The notes beneath the pieces are model-generated. The model worked only from the letters and a program-made list of their open reading frames with translations, searched no databases and was not told where the DNA came from. This document shows, piece by piece, positions 49,310-62,858 of a stretch of 64,000 nt of DNA; the first letter of the stretch is position 1; the number at the start of each line of letters is the position of its first letter. This stretch comes from Octopus vulgaris (lineage: Eukaryota), in the NCBI GenBank assembly GCA_951406725.2, contig OX597827.1:29760001-29824000 (forward strand), given 5' to 3'. Position numbers and translations under genes: made by a program.

Positions 49310-51019
49310 ATTACAACTCACCACGTGGGGATAATCGAATTCTCATCCTCCTTTTACTCATTAGGGGTTGGGTCAGAAGTTTGAGCGCACGCAGCCCCTC
49401 GTGGTGAGGGATCACCGCGTAAAGCCTCTGGATGTCGAGAGTGAAGAGAAGTTTAGAGGGGTCAGGAGGGAAGGAGAAAGAGTTGAACAGACGAAGCGCG
49501 TGGTTGGTATCATGGATGTGAAAATGGACTCAGTCTCAACTCATGGTTCGCCACTTCATCCTACGTGGATATTCCCTCACCACTATCCACACCGCCCTTG
49601 CTAGAGCACGTTCCGTGGATCGTGCATCTACTCTCTTCCCCAGAACACGCCCTGCAGTATCCCGCCTCCCTTTTCCCCTCACCTACCACCCTACCTCTCC
49701 AACGCACCATTCTCTAAGCTTTCTGGCATCTCCAGTCCGACCCCTCCACTTTACATATGCTAACCGACCCCTTCCTTCCTTCAAACGAATCCACAACCTA
49801 CGAGACCTCTTGGTCCACAGCTTCTTCCCCAACCCAACCTCCCAACCGGGCTCGTTCCCTTGCTCACCCTCCTCACCGGCACCCATCATCGACCCTATCA
49901 CATCACCGACTCCTTCACCTGCACTTCTACCAATATCATCTACTGCATCTCCTGCTCTCTCTGCCATTCTCTGTACATCGGACAGTTGGGACGCCGCTTG
50001 GCTGACAGGTTCGCGGAACATCCGCCTCGGCAATGACACCGCCTCGGCAATGACACCGCCTCGGCAATGACAACCCGGTCTCACGCCATTTCCGCTCTTC
50101 CGGTCACTCTTTGCATTGTTCGAATTGTCCTTGCACAGAGGCCATCCGGACTCCCGTTTGCGCCGTGAACAGGGATTAATCTTCTCTTTTCGCTCTTTTG
50201 CGCCACATGGGATCAACTCTCCTCCCCTCTTCATCTAACCTCTTCCCTTGCCTCTCCCCCCTCCTACTTCCTCCCACCCACCTCTCCTCTCTTGCTCCGA
50301 CTTCTACTTCTCTTCACGCCTACTTCTCTTCACCCCTACTCTCTTTCTCTCTTCTCTCATACCCACCTTCACCTTCCCCTTCATCGTCAACCCTCCCCCA
50401 TAAGCTCACCCCATCCCTACACATTCCTAACCCTCCTTCCCTATCCTTCCCATCCCATCCCTCCCATCCATTACACCCTCTCCCACATATCCCACCTCTA
50501 CCCGAAACCTCAGCCTAACCCAAACCCCACCCGTGCTTTCCCCACTCTCGCCTTCCTCACCTCTCAACACCATCACACCACACTACACCATACCACACAA
50601 CACATCACATCACAACACCACGCACACACCAGCAATGACCAATTCCCATCCCCACATTTTCACACCTACACATACACATACACGCACATCACCAGCCCTC
50701 TTTCAAACGCACATACGTACTCTCTTACACACATGCGCACCTTTGTTTTGGGATCACTACTACTTTGTTACCTCCCCTACTTCTTAGCTCTCCTGTGTGA
50801 CCCTTCTGTCTGGCATTCGCCATGATAGATCGGTAACCACTACACACATTTTATTCTCTCCTTGTTTCTTTCTGTGTTCCTTTCTGTGGAAGAACGTAGG
50901 CTCGAAACGTTAAAGACTTTTTCAATTCCGAAGCATTATACTAATACATCTGTCTGTTTTCTACACCACCTGGCTTCGTCTTTTGTTTTTTTGTTTGTTT
51001 TTTTTGTGTCAATTCTCCA
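49310..51019 (+). mobile_element. Decayed Penelope-like element (RT thumb plus GIY-YIG) with inverted RT fragment at its 5' end
   Basis: Plus strand: RGYSL..LTYHP..FKRIHNLRDLLVHS..IIYCISCSLCHSLYIGQ..RLADRFAEH. Minus strand 49385-49530: HIHDTNHALRL..LFTLDIQRLYAVIPHHEGLRAL (PLE RT). C/T-rich UTR and pLTR follow. Confidence 0.82.
50880..50915 (+). ncRNA. Hammerhead-like motif with CUGUGGA core (A6 replaced by U)
   Basis: CUUU CUGUGGA A GAAC GUAG GCUC GAAA CG UU AAAG in the pLTR of the upstream PLE. Confidence 0.5.
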
Positions 51020-51032
51020 TATATATATGTCT

Positions 51033-52372
51033 GATTATGCTAAACAGCGTAGGTGCGATTACACAGCCCTGCTTGCCCCTCTTAGTGACTGGGAATGCAT
51101 CGGAAGAATCTCCATTGACCATGCTGTCGTGAAACTGTTGCTTCATACTGATGAACTTGTCCGAGCAGCCGAACTTTCTCATGATCTTCCAAAGATCAGA
51201 TTCAGGACTGGTGGTAGACTCTTCAACCTGCGGAGGCTAAAGACCAAGACCAAGTTGGAAGAGGACTCAGTATGCAACTTGCTATTTGCTGACGGCAGCG
51301 CACTCAATGCCGTCACGGACACCCGGATACAGCAGAGCATGATCTGTTTTCCCACTCCCTGTAACAAATTTGACCTAAGAAACAGTACTCAGAAGACAGA
51401 AGTCACACACCAGCCTGCCCCACAGAAACCGTATTTGAAACCAACTATCATTGTCGAAGGAGAAACCCCGAGGGTTGTTAATTTCACGTACCTCGGCAGC
51501 TGTGAACGAATCGACTCCAGTAATTATTTCTTTAAAGCTTGGTACTTATTCTCTCTTCTATTTTTTCGAACCACTAGTTTTAAAGACGTTACATTACATT
51601 AGTTAGTCCCTCGTTGTCCATGATGACCAAAGACATCATGTGGGAGACGGGGGTGAACATTGACGATGAAGTCGACACTCACATCGCCAAGAGAAGCTCA
51701 GCAATCGGGTGTTTACGTGATTCAGCGAAGAAGAGGAAGGGCATTAGGCCGGCCACCAAGATGGAGGTATACCAAGCAGTGTACTGCCTACGCCACTGTA
51801 CACCTGCAATACTTGGACGGTTTACGAACGCTACACCAAAAAAGATAAACTGATTCCGCATCAACTGTCCAAGAAAGCGATTGAAAATCACCTAGCAAGA
51901 CAAGGTCCCAGACACGAACTTCTCTCGAACTGATCAGCCAAATATTTACACACTCCTGAGGAGAATGCAGATCAGGCGGGCAGGCCGCCTTGTCCGAATG
52001 CCTGACACACGATGCCCCAAGACACTGTTTTACAGCGAACTGGCAGAAGGCAAGTGCAGGCAAGGTAGACAAAAGAGCGCTTCAAGGACCCACTCGAAGC
52101 CTCTCAAAAGAGCTTTTAGATCAAGCCCTGGAGAAGCTGCGCCAACCGAGGTTCCACCTCCACGAACAGAACATGGTTGCAGGGGCATAAAGAAAACGCA
52201 AACTGTGCAAGTCGAGAGCCAATTCCTTGCCTTCAGTCCCAACAGACCACAAGTGCCTGACCTGTGGCAGGGAATTCCGGGCACGCATCGGACTAATTAG
52301 CCTCAACCGGACACATCGTGCATCCCCGTCTCCCACATGATGTCCTTGGTCATCATGGACAATGACGGACTA
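51033..52372 (+). mobile_element. Decayed RTE-clade LINE with 5' inversion and an internal inverted insertion
   Basis: Plus strand: IRFRTGGRLFNLRRLKTKTK..LLFADG..FTYLGS..IDDEV..RMPDTRCPKTLFYSEL and a C2H2-like end. Minus strand 51033-51195: LWKIMRKFGC..KQGCVIAPTLFSI. Confidence 0.85.
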
Positions 52373-53757
52373 ACTAATGTAATGTAACGTTTTCATAACT
52401 TAGCGGTTTAAAGGAAAGGAGAAGAGAGAATAAGTACCAAGCTTTAAAAAAATAAGTTCTGTAGTCGATTCGTTCGACTAAAATTTGGCTACTATTTCTA
52501 GCAAATGCAGTTACCATGTAGAGGCACCCTCTCCAGCATGTATTTCAAATTATATTTTAGCGCCGAGGGCACTACTGTAAGGCACCTTTGTCTTGCTGCT
52601 GTAGTTTTCGGAGTTGTAGCCATTTTTGTAATTGTTGCTTTATAATTGCTTTGTGTGTTAATAGAAACTAAGGATTAATTTATTTTCTTTTTCTAAAGAA
52701 GTAAATCTGATGATTGTGGGTTACCGCGTGCGTAGCATCTGAGCCACCTGTCATCTATCTCAACACTTGAGCTTCATTCATAAAGTGAATCCGATCGAGA
52801 AATCTTCTGCAGCGTCCTAGATGTAACAAGCATTTGTTAAGTCTATCTAGAACTAGATTTACTGACCTTCCCATGCCTTCTACCCGACCAAAATAATCTG
52901 CGCCCATGTCAGGTAATACCTCCTTTTAGGTCACTGATCACTCACTATCCTATGCATAATAATAAAGAATGGAGATTGGTACCAAGTTTCCCTTGTGGCA
53001 GGCTTGATAATTGTTAAGAGATTTCTTCAAACACGAAAAGATTCGTAGCCTTGTTAACCCACAAAATGACCTGTATTTCCCTCATTTTTTTAACCATCCA
53101 TCATACTCCTTGCGCATTCTTTTAAGACTGCACTGTAATCGATGATACCAACTCACTTTTGATTTTGAATGCATTGCAACTACATTTGTCATTTCTTTTA
53201 TGGTTTTGCTTGTTTTCGATTGCAGCAGAGCGCAGCATTAGGCAAATACAAAGAAGGTTTTATATTTTAGGCCGCAAAGATCCGTATTGACAAGAAAGCT
53301 CTTTGTGAAAAAAGAAAAAAAAAAGGCCTGTTGGAAAAGGAAAAGGAAATAACTTTTTTATTGTTGTTCTTGTTGTTGCTAGTTACTTTCCTGTTGCTTA
53401 CCGTCTCAGTGCTGGGACGAAAACATTGCGTCTGATAGTGGCGGTGTCGTTGTTGGCAGCGGTGTGGGCAATGGAAGTAGGCCGCCTGCACATTGGTGTT
53501 ACTATTATCGTTGTTGTTGATGGTAAAGCTTGTACTGTGCGTTTTGCTCTTGGTGAGAATGATGTTGTTGTCGTTAGTGGTGGTGCTGCTGCTGCTAGTG
53601 CTGGAGGTAGCTGCGACTTAGTGGTGGGGAAATGATTTTGTTGTTGTTTCAGCTGTAACCTTGCGCTGCTTTATTTCGATCAAACCCGTTATTGTGGTAT
53701 GAGAGAGTTTTGCTGTCTATGACCACCCCACACCGACTCTCTTTTCTCTCTCTCCTG

Positions 53758-53852
53758 GTTCTTCTTCTTCTTCTTCTTCTTCTTCTTCTTCTTCTTCTTC
53801 TTCTTCTTCTTCTTCTTCTTCTTCTTCTTCTTCTTCTTCTTCTTCTTCTTCT
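53758..53852. repeat. (CTT)n microsatellite
   Basis: Pure CTT run; source of the poly-R, poly-E and poly-L ORFs in the track. Confidence 0.98.
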
Positions 53853-54084
53853 CCTCCTCCTCCTTCTCTTCCTTCTTCGTTCGCTGTTCTCGATAAACAT
53901 TTATGTGTCACAGAAAACCTTTTTTCAAATAGGAATTTTTAAAAATTTCCAAAATGGAATTGAGAAGAGAGACCCAGTTCTGTGTTCACAACCAGTTCCG
54001 AAAATTGAAGAGTAAACTGCTAAAGTGCATAGCGAGGGTGAAGTAAATCCTTTTTCCCAGGCAAAATTTATTCTCCGTGTAACA

Positions 54085-54760
54085 CAGTGGTTCTCAACCA
54101 GAGCCCATACGGCCACCAACGGTGGGGGCGGGGGGGTCCATTTAAAATTTAATTGTTAAAATCTAATTGGTTATATTTCTAAAATACACAGAAAATTTTA
54201 ATAATTAATGTTTAGACATTTATTCCTTTATTCTTTTATCCTTTTACTTGTTTCAGTCATTTGACTGTGGCCATGCTGGAGCACCGCCTTTAGTCGAACA
54301 AACCGACCCCAGAACTTATTCTTTGAAAACCTAGTACTTATTCTATTGGTATTTTTTGCTGAATCGCTAAGTTACGGGGACGTAAACACACCAGGATCGA
54401 TTGTCAAGGTAAAGGGGGTGGATAAACACAACACAGACACTTATATTTACATATATATATATATATATATACGTCGGGCTCTTTCAGTTTCCGTCTACCA
54501 AATCTATTCACAAGGCTTTGGTCAGCCTGTGGCTATAGTAGAAGACACTTGCCCAAGGTGCCACAAAGTGGGACTGAACCGGAACTATGTTTTTGGGAAG
54601 CAAGCTTCTTACCACACAGCCACTCCTGCACCTAAATCTCCTAATTATATTTTATTATAAAAATATAATAGGATTTTTTAAAGGACATTTATTCTGGAAG
54701 GGAGTGGGGAGCAATAGAGTAAAACGTGGGTTAAAGGGCCATTATGGTTGAGAACCAATG
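54085..54760. mobile_element. hAT-type MITE (relative of 12376-12715) interrupted by a SINE
   Basis: TIRs CAGTGGTTCTCAACC and GGTTGAGAACCAATG. Confidence 0.7.
54243..54630 (-). mobile_element. SINE family B, full-length
   Basis: Reverse complement of the 2318-2763 layout. Confidence 0.85.
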
Positions 54761-54974
54761 ATGGAATACAAGAAAATGTTGATCCCTTGATTAATCGTTC
54801 CATCAGACAATCGATCAAGCAGTGTATTACAGTCCTTGCATCGCCATTCTTTATCAATGTAATTCCATCGTTAATCCAGGTCTATCCATCCCAAATAGCT
54901 GACTGATTGATTAACCACATAATCAATTAACTAATCGGTTAATTGGTTAAGAAGTAAGAATCCTTTCTGCTATA

Positions 54975-55112
54975 GATACTTAATTTATCGACCCCGAAAG
55001 GATGAAAGGCAAAGTCGACCTCGGCGGAATTTGAGCTCAGAACGTAGCGGCAGAAGAAATACCGCTAAGCATTTCGCCCGGCGTGCTAACAATTCTGCCA
55101 GCTCGCCGTCTT
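54975..55112 (-). mobile_element. SINE family A, 5' half
   Basis: Head, B box and core present. Confidence 0.85.
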
Positions 55113-55551
55113 TGATAACAAGTAATAATATATAGCAGTTAAATAGAACCAGTGCGTGTTTTTTATGTTTTTCTTTGTTTATTTTTTTCTAATTTGGCAA
55201 ATGGCCCTCCCAAAATACGAACAAAATATGCTTCAACACATGATTTCGTATCAAGAATCTTGCAAAAACAAATCTAAAAATGGAATACTAGAAGGATTTC
55301 CTTCTAAAAAGGTCGGGCTTTGAAATCTCAAATAGAAAAAGAAAACAGGCTCTGCTGTGTGAATCACACGATATTAATTTCAATAAGGAAACTAACAGAA
55401 ACATGTTTTTCTGTTGAATTAAATACTGAATTCAAAAGGATGGGTCTCTGATGTCGGTATCGAATTCTTTTCCATGAAATTCTCTACCACATTTACAGAG
55501 GCATTCTCTCACAAATACATACATACATACATACATACATACATACATACA

Positions 55552-55587
<36 letters not shown>

Positions 55588-55591
55588 TATA

Positions 55592-55797
55592 TACGGACAA
55601 TTGCATTATATAAGTAATTCATTTGTTAATAGACGAAACCGCCGGTCTGATTTTTTATATAATTTTCATGTCTTGCCCGCCTAATTGTTCTGGTGTCCGC
55701 TGAATTTTCCTCTAGAGAACATTCTTTTCTTTGTAGTTTGATCGTAGGTGATCTATTTCTAGCATACGGCCGACTACCTAGTAGTCTTGCCCTTTGA

Positions 55798-55889
<92 letters not shown>

Positions 55890-56038
55890 ATATTTGTTGT
55901 GCAAGATTTTTTCTCTAGAGGAAAATTCAGCGGACACCAGAACAATTAGGCGGGCAAGACAGATGAAAATTATATAAAAAATCAGACCGGCGGTTTCGTC
56001 TATTAACAAATGAATTACTTATATAATGCAATTGTCCG

Positions 56039-56040
<2 letters not shown>
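55592..56040. repeat. Inverted repeat with arms of about 128 bp, flanked by mirror-image (TACA)n(TA)n and (TA)n(TGTA)n tracts
   Basis: 55592-55719 is the reverse complement of 55910-56040; contains GAC GAAA CCGCCGG UC, like the 3' half of a hammerhead. Confidence 0.9.
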
Positions 56041-56084
<44 letters not shown>

Positions 56085-56112
56085 TGTATGTATGTATGTA
56101 TGTATGTATATA

Positions 56113-56173
<61 letters not shown>

Positions 56174-56740
56174 TATAGTTTTCCTTTTTGGTAAACATTG
56201 CAAACTGCTGTATATTTTAATTTTATGTGTGTATGTGTTTATGAGTGTGTGTGTATGTGTGTGTGTATGTGTGTAAATGGTAAATGTGAGCATGTGAGGG
56301 GGTGTACGTGTATGTATTACATTGGGACTTGTAAGGGAATGCGTGTACATACGTATCAATATATGTATGTATTTTATGTATGTATGTCTGAGATTTTTTC
56401 CCCTTTTTTGCAAATTTCAAACTAGTCAGTATCAAAAAAAGACAAGGCTCTTTTGTTCGAGCCACGACAGTTCTTGGTGTTTGTAACTATGTGAAGGGGT
56501 TAGTGCATGCATATATAACAGCACATATATGTATAGACACGTTATATGTTGGCGCATTCTTGCAATGGGTGGGCACATTACTTTCCTAACCAAGTGCTTA
56601 TGATTCATCGCTCTTTATGTATGCATGTATGTATGTATGTATGTATGTATGTATGCATGCGATTGCAGACATATGTTCATTCCAATGAGAAGAGAGCTGC
56701 AGAGTGCTCGGGCCTGGGATTGTATACAGTTACATATATC

Positions 56741-57090
56741 TATTAAGTCATTCCATAAATAATGCGGTTTTTTAAACTTCTTTTATTTTTCAAAATTAAG
56801 ACAAACAAAGTTCTTTTTTAATCTAAAATATACTCTCCTTCATTTTCTACAATGCTCTTCCATCTATCTGGTAGAGTTGCGAAGCCCCTCTTCCAAAATT
56901 CACTTGTCCGCGACGAAAAATACTCCTCCAATACTGTTTTGACCTCGTTTACAGAATTCATATCTTTTCTGTCCAAATGATTTTGAAGACTGCGGAATAA
57001 AAGATAACTAGACAGGGCAATATCCGACGAATATGATGGGTGGGGCATCGTTACTCATTCAAACTGCTCCAGCTTTTGGAATGTCATCCT
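56741..57090 (-). mobile_element. Mariner (DD34D-type) 3' fragment with TIR
   Basis: MPHPSYSSDIALSSYLLFRSLQNHL..LPDRWKSIVENEGEYI (decayed YSPDLAPSDY motif). Confidence 0.85.
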
Positions 57091-57156
57091 TGTTATATGC
57101 CCATCAACAACAAGCCAGCCGATACTAAAAATCTCTAGTGAGACGTCTTTATCAAT

Positions 57157-57199
57157 GTACCTGAAGAGACCCAGACTCATGGGTCGAAACATTTTGTAC
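57157..57199 (+). ncRNA. Type I hammerhead ribozyme (CUGAAGA core)
   Basis: GUAC CUGAAGA GACCCA GACUCA UGGGUC GAAA CAUU UU GUAC, followed by AATAAA. Confidence 0.7.
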
Positions 57200-58109
57200 C
57201 TAATAAAAGTCTAATACCAGATACATCTCCTACTATCAGTTAATACTATTAATTTAACTGCCGCTGTGAAGTTCCTGAAGAAGCGCCAACGGAAGTGTGC
57301 CACAACTACAGATAACAACAGGTAGCCTAATCTGTGTCAGTACTCTTCTCAACATTTAAACACACTAATCGACTTATACTTATTTATCCAAATTACTTAT
57401 TTTCATCTATCTATATAGTACTAAAAACCCCTGGCTGCTTGCTTGCTTGTCTGTCATTTAATGCAGCGAAACTGGCGCATAATGGTAAATATTAAGTTAT
57501 CCCCTGAAATGCGAATACAAACGGAATAAAATAAGTTTCGCGTAAATCGGATCAGGGATTCCTGAGATATGAGGATGGGATTTGGGGTATTCACTAATAC
57601 CCAAAACGGTGCATAATGGGAAAATGCTCGGAAAATAACATAACCCTGAAAGGGAAGAAACTCTAACTTTTCGATTAGGGACATGGTTTAAGTCTTCTGA
57701 CCTGGGCTAAAGTCTTAGTGACTTTATCTTGCCAACGAAAACATACGAGTTGTTTTTACAGTAAATGTTTCCATTTTCGATTTTGTTCTTTTAATCATTT
57801 AGAAATATTTTTAAGTAAATGTCATTTCAAAAATACAAGTTGTTTGTAGAGTAAGTATTTATATTTTAGCTTTCTTTAAACAGACAGTATTAAAATTGTG
57901 AAATGATCTTTTTCCACAGGTTTTTTTTCGAGTGCAGTCAACATATCCGGTCTTCAAACCCGCCACAAGTCACTTTTTTTCTCGAAAAGAAAGGGGTAGA
58001 GGGATTATGGGGGCCTCGGGGTTTCCCGGGAAACTCCGAGTTTCCCACCAACGGAGTTTTGCTTCGCAGGGTTTTTTTCTTTTCCAGGTTACTTGGCATG
58101 CTTCAACGA

Positions 58110-58530
58110 ATGTGACATCGAAATCACGCGTAAATGGCTCCTTTCCCCAGCAAAGGAAAGATTTGGCTGCTATTTGTAGCACGCTCTGCTACCACGTAAA
58201 AGTTATTTGCGACAAAGGCCCCGAGATGTGAGTCATGCTTTCGACCCTCTTCCCACATATTCTGCAGAGGTTCATTGCACTTGTGTGGTATATATCCCTT
58301 TTCACTGAGTTGAGATTCAATGCCTGGTCCTGGGCAGTGATGATTAGGCCTTCGGTATTCTGTTTTAAGTCACCCTTGCTGACCTTCTTCCATGATGCTT
58401 CCTGGTCTTTTAAGTTGTTTGTCTCACGGTGGATCTGACCATGTGATTCCATGCGGAGTAGGGTTTCTTCTCTCTCGTTGGCTGTTCTTGATCGGAATTC
58501 ATAAGCACTCTGAAGTTCATTTTTGGTAAA
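58110..58530 (-). mobile_element. Old R4/Dong-like fragment (distinct family)
   Basis: HGQIHR..LKQNTEGLIITAQDQAL..CRICGKRVESMTHI. Confidence 0.75.
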
Positions 58531-58553
58531 TCCTTATTATTATTATTATTATT

Positions 58554-60816
58554 CAGTAGTTTTATTTTTATTTTTATAGCGTGCTTTCACTTCACTACCG
58601 AGCGCAGCTCTGTGTGCCTTGGGTATGTGCTGTGATTTGTTGTGATGCTCTGATGGTTATTATATGGAAAGTGTTCTGCGTAGGATGTGTGCAGTGCCTA
58701 GTAGTGCAATTTTCTGTATGTTATATGTGTTTGTAAGTCCTGGTGTTTTTGTTATGTATTTGTCTGAATATTTTTTTATCATGCCTAATGCACCTACTAT
58801 GATAGGAATTGTTTCTGTTTTCAGATTCCACATTCTAGTTACCTCTATTTCCAGGTCTTTGTATTTTGAGAGTTTCTCCATTTCTTTTAGAGACACGTTG
58901 TCATCTGCCGGTACTGATACATCAATTAGAAAGCATTTTTTTCTTCATGGTCTCTGACAACTATATCTGGTCTGTTGGCCTTAATTTCTCTATCTGTGTG
59001 TATCGGCATATCCCAGAGTATGGTTGCTTTCTCGTTTTCTGTGACCTTTTCTGGTGTGTGCCTATACCATCTTTTTTCTGTTGTTATTCCATAATGTTGG
59101 CATAGCTTCCAATGTATGTAAGTTCCAACTCTGTCATGTCTGTGAATATATTCCTTCTTAGCCAGGACTGGGCAGCTAGAGATAATATGATTTATTGTTT
59201 CTTGTCCATCTCCACATATTCTGCAGTTACTTGTAATATTTCTTTTCATTACATGTTTTTGGTAATTTCTGGTGGGGAGGCTTTGGTCTTGTGCTGCAAT
59301 TAAAAATCCCTCTGTCTCTGCTTTGAGTCCTGAGCTTCTCAACCATTGCTGGGATTTTTCTTTGTCTATTTCTTTTGCGTTTAGTTTAGTCCAGTATTTA
59401 CCATGAAGGGGCTTTTCTTGCCATCGTTTTAGCATGGTTCGTTGCTGTTCTATTTTTAGTTTGGATTTCATTTTTTTTATAGCTTTTGTTGTTTCTTCAT
59501 CTTCTTCTTCTTCATGTTTATTAGGTGGTATGATTTCTTGTTTGTATTTGTCAGCTTCCTTAAATACTGAGAACAGTTTTTTGTTTTGCTCGTGTTTTGC
59601 CGCTATCTGGATCAGTTTTCCTTCCTTCTGAAGTAGATATTTTTGCAGTCCTATGGTGGTTATTTTATAGTAGTTTTCCAGCTGTATAAGGCCTCTACCA
59701 CCTTCTATACGTTGTATATATAGTCTTTCTATGTCAGATTTTGGGTGATGCATCCTAGATCCTGTCATTATTTTTCTTGTTTTCTTGTCTATTTTGGTCA
59801 GTTCATTTCGTGTCCAGTTAAGGATATTGTAGCTGTAACTTATAACTGGGACAGCTAAAGTGTTGATACCTATTATCTTGTTTTTAGCATTGAGCTCTGT
59901 GTTTAGTATTGATCTAACTCGTCTATAATATTCTTTTTTTATTTTCTCTTTCATTTGTGTGTGTTGTGTCTTATCTAGTTCATGGATTCCTAAGTATTTG
60001 TAAGTTTGGCTTTGGTCTAATTCTTTTATTTCATTTGCTTCATCTAGTGTGATGTTGTTACTCTTAACTAGTTTTCCTCTTTTCATGGTTACTTTGGCGC
60101 ATTTTTCTAATCCACATTTCATATCTATTTCTTTGGTAAATCCATGAACTGTCTTTAATAGTGTTTCCAGCTGTTTGTCATTTGCAGCGTATAGTTTTAG
60201 GTCATCCATATATAAAAGGTGGCTGATCGTTTTGCCGTAACATTTATATCCGCATCCAGTTCTATTTAGCATATCAGATAGAGGTGACAGTGCCAAGCAG
60301 AAAAGGAGTGGAGAGAGCGTGTCTCCCTGGAATATTCCTCTTCTAATGGGTATGTCTTTGGTTTTCATGAGTCCCTCTTTTGTTTGGAGGTGTAGGACTG
60401 TTTGCCATTTATTCATAGAGTGCTCTATGAATTTTATGATTGTTGGTGCTACTTTGTTAATGGCTAGTGTTTCGAGGATCCATGTGTGGGGGATGCTATC
60501 AAACGCCTTTTTGTAGTCAATCCAGGCCATACTGAGGCCTTTCTTCTTTCTGTGGCTGTCTTCAGTTATGGCTTTATTAATCATTAGTTGATCTTTACAG
60601 CCATATGAGCCTTTGCGGCATCCTTTCTGCTCTTCTGGGAACAGTTTGTTTTCGTCCAGGTGCTTGTTCAGCCTTTGTGATATCACTGCAGTAAATGCCT
60701 TGAACATAGTAGGGAGGCAGGTTATTGGTCTGTAGTTTTCTGGTTTTTCTGTTTCATTTGATTTGGGAATTAAGATGGTTTTCCCCTTCGTGAGCCATTC
60801 AGGCATTGTCTCTGTC
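58554..60816 (-). mobile_element. 5'-truncated R4/Dong retrotransposon (RT plus RLE) between (TAA)n tracts
   Basis: PEWL..NYRPITCL..WIDYKKAFDSIPH..QGDTLSP..YMDD..CRICG..RHD..RPDIVV; one frameshift in the A-run near 58935; stop at 58660, then 3' UTR. Confidence 0.92.
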
Positions 60817-60887
<71 letters not shown>

Positions 60888-60888
60888 T

Positions 60889-61265
<377 letters not shown>

Positions 61266-61269
61266 TAAT

Positions 61270-61606
61270 CACCTGACTGCTGTGGCTTGTCCCGGCCACT
61301 GCTTGACCAGGTTGAAGCATCTCTTATTTAAATTCTTGTGGAAGGGATACGTTCCAATGGTCAGTCTGTTGCCAGCATTTTCTGAGAGGCGGATTAGGTA
61401 TGCCGTGGCTCCTAATGCTCATACGCGCAAAATACGCCATACACGTGATCACAAAACGCAAATTTCACAACTTATGAAATAAATACAGCAATGTCACTCG
61501 GCGCACTGCTTCAGGAAGGTCATTGCTAGCTCTCACTGTGTCCGCAACCTTGTGCTGCCATCTGTTGGCGCGCTACAGAACTAGCCCAGGAACGATTTGA
61601 TAATAC

Positions 61607-61612
<6 letters not shown>
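61270..61612 (-). mobile_element. Probable mariner 5' end
   Basis: TA-flanked TIR-like end (..GCGGTATTATCAAATCGTTCCTG) and a decayed transposase-like start. Confidence 0.4.
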
Positions 61613-61640
<28 letters not shown>

Positions 61641-61643
<3 letters not shown>

Positions 61644-61885
61644 AGGTGCAATGGGCAGCGGACTCGCGGTTGTAGGATCGCCGTTTCGATTCCCAGACCG
61701 GGCGTTGTGAGTGTTTATTGAGCGATAACACCTAAAGCTCCACGAGGGTCCGGCAAGGTGTGGTGGCGATCCCTGCTGTACTCTTTCGCCACAACTTTCA
61801 CTCACTCTTTCTTCTGTTGGCCTACACACATTGTGACCAGCGATGTGTAGCAACATCTGATAGCCTGGTCGGTCACGGTGATTAC
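61641..61885 (+). mobile_element. tRNA-derived SINE (family D)
   Basis: GGAGGTGCAATGG head, GTTTCGATTCCC B box, 3' part shared with 23280-23345; inserted in (TA)n. Confidence 0.65.
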
Positions 61886-61887
61886 GG

Positions 61888-61946
<59 letters not shown>

Positions 61947-62858
61947 TATATGTATGTATGTGTGTGTGTGTGTGTACATATATGTGTGTGTACATATGTG
62001 TGTGTACATATAATACAGATACATACATACATACATATACATTTATACATACATACGATATATAATGAGTATACACATAACTACGTGCGCACGTGGCTGA
62101 GCGACGATGACGTTGTAAAGAAAGTCGAGGATGATCAACTGTTCGGAGCAGTTCGCTGATGAAGCGATGTGAAGAAGTCTGGCACCAGCTGAAGTGTCTC
62201 ACATACTTCAAGTGTGCAAGTCAAGTATATTGTTCGCATACAACGGTACTTCTACTGCAGAGTCTAGTACCTACTTCCTGTAGGTCATTGTGCCTATACC
62301 TACCCGTATATATGCATGTATGTGTGTATGTGTGTATGTGTGTGTAAGTCTTTATGTATGTATATGTGTATGTATGTGTGTATGTATGTATGTATGTATG
62401 TATGTATGTATGTATGTATGTATGTATGTATGTATGTATGTATGTATGTATGTATTTATGTATGTATGTATGTCATTGTTGAGTTTTATTTCAAGATTTC
62501 TTGCCAATAAAGAGCCAGTTTCTAACCTGGATCCAAGGTTCCTTTATTGGAATTTGAACAAAATCAACAGGTATTTTTGAATGTATGTATGTATGTATGT
62601 ATGAATGGAGGGATGGATGGATGGATGGATGGATGGATATGTGCAGATTTGTCTGTTTTGCTTTATGTATGAATTCTTGTGCATATAGTTGCATATCTAG
62701 ACATGCTAATATATATTTACATAATATACTTCTGGAAAGTTTTGCATAAATGGCGGTGCCCCAGCATGGCCACAGCTCATAAGCTGAAACTGGAAAAATC
62801 AAAATCAAAATCAAAATCAAATATCTTTATAGTTCCGGTGATGGATTGGATCTGTAGT

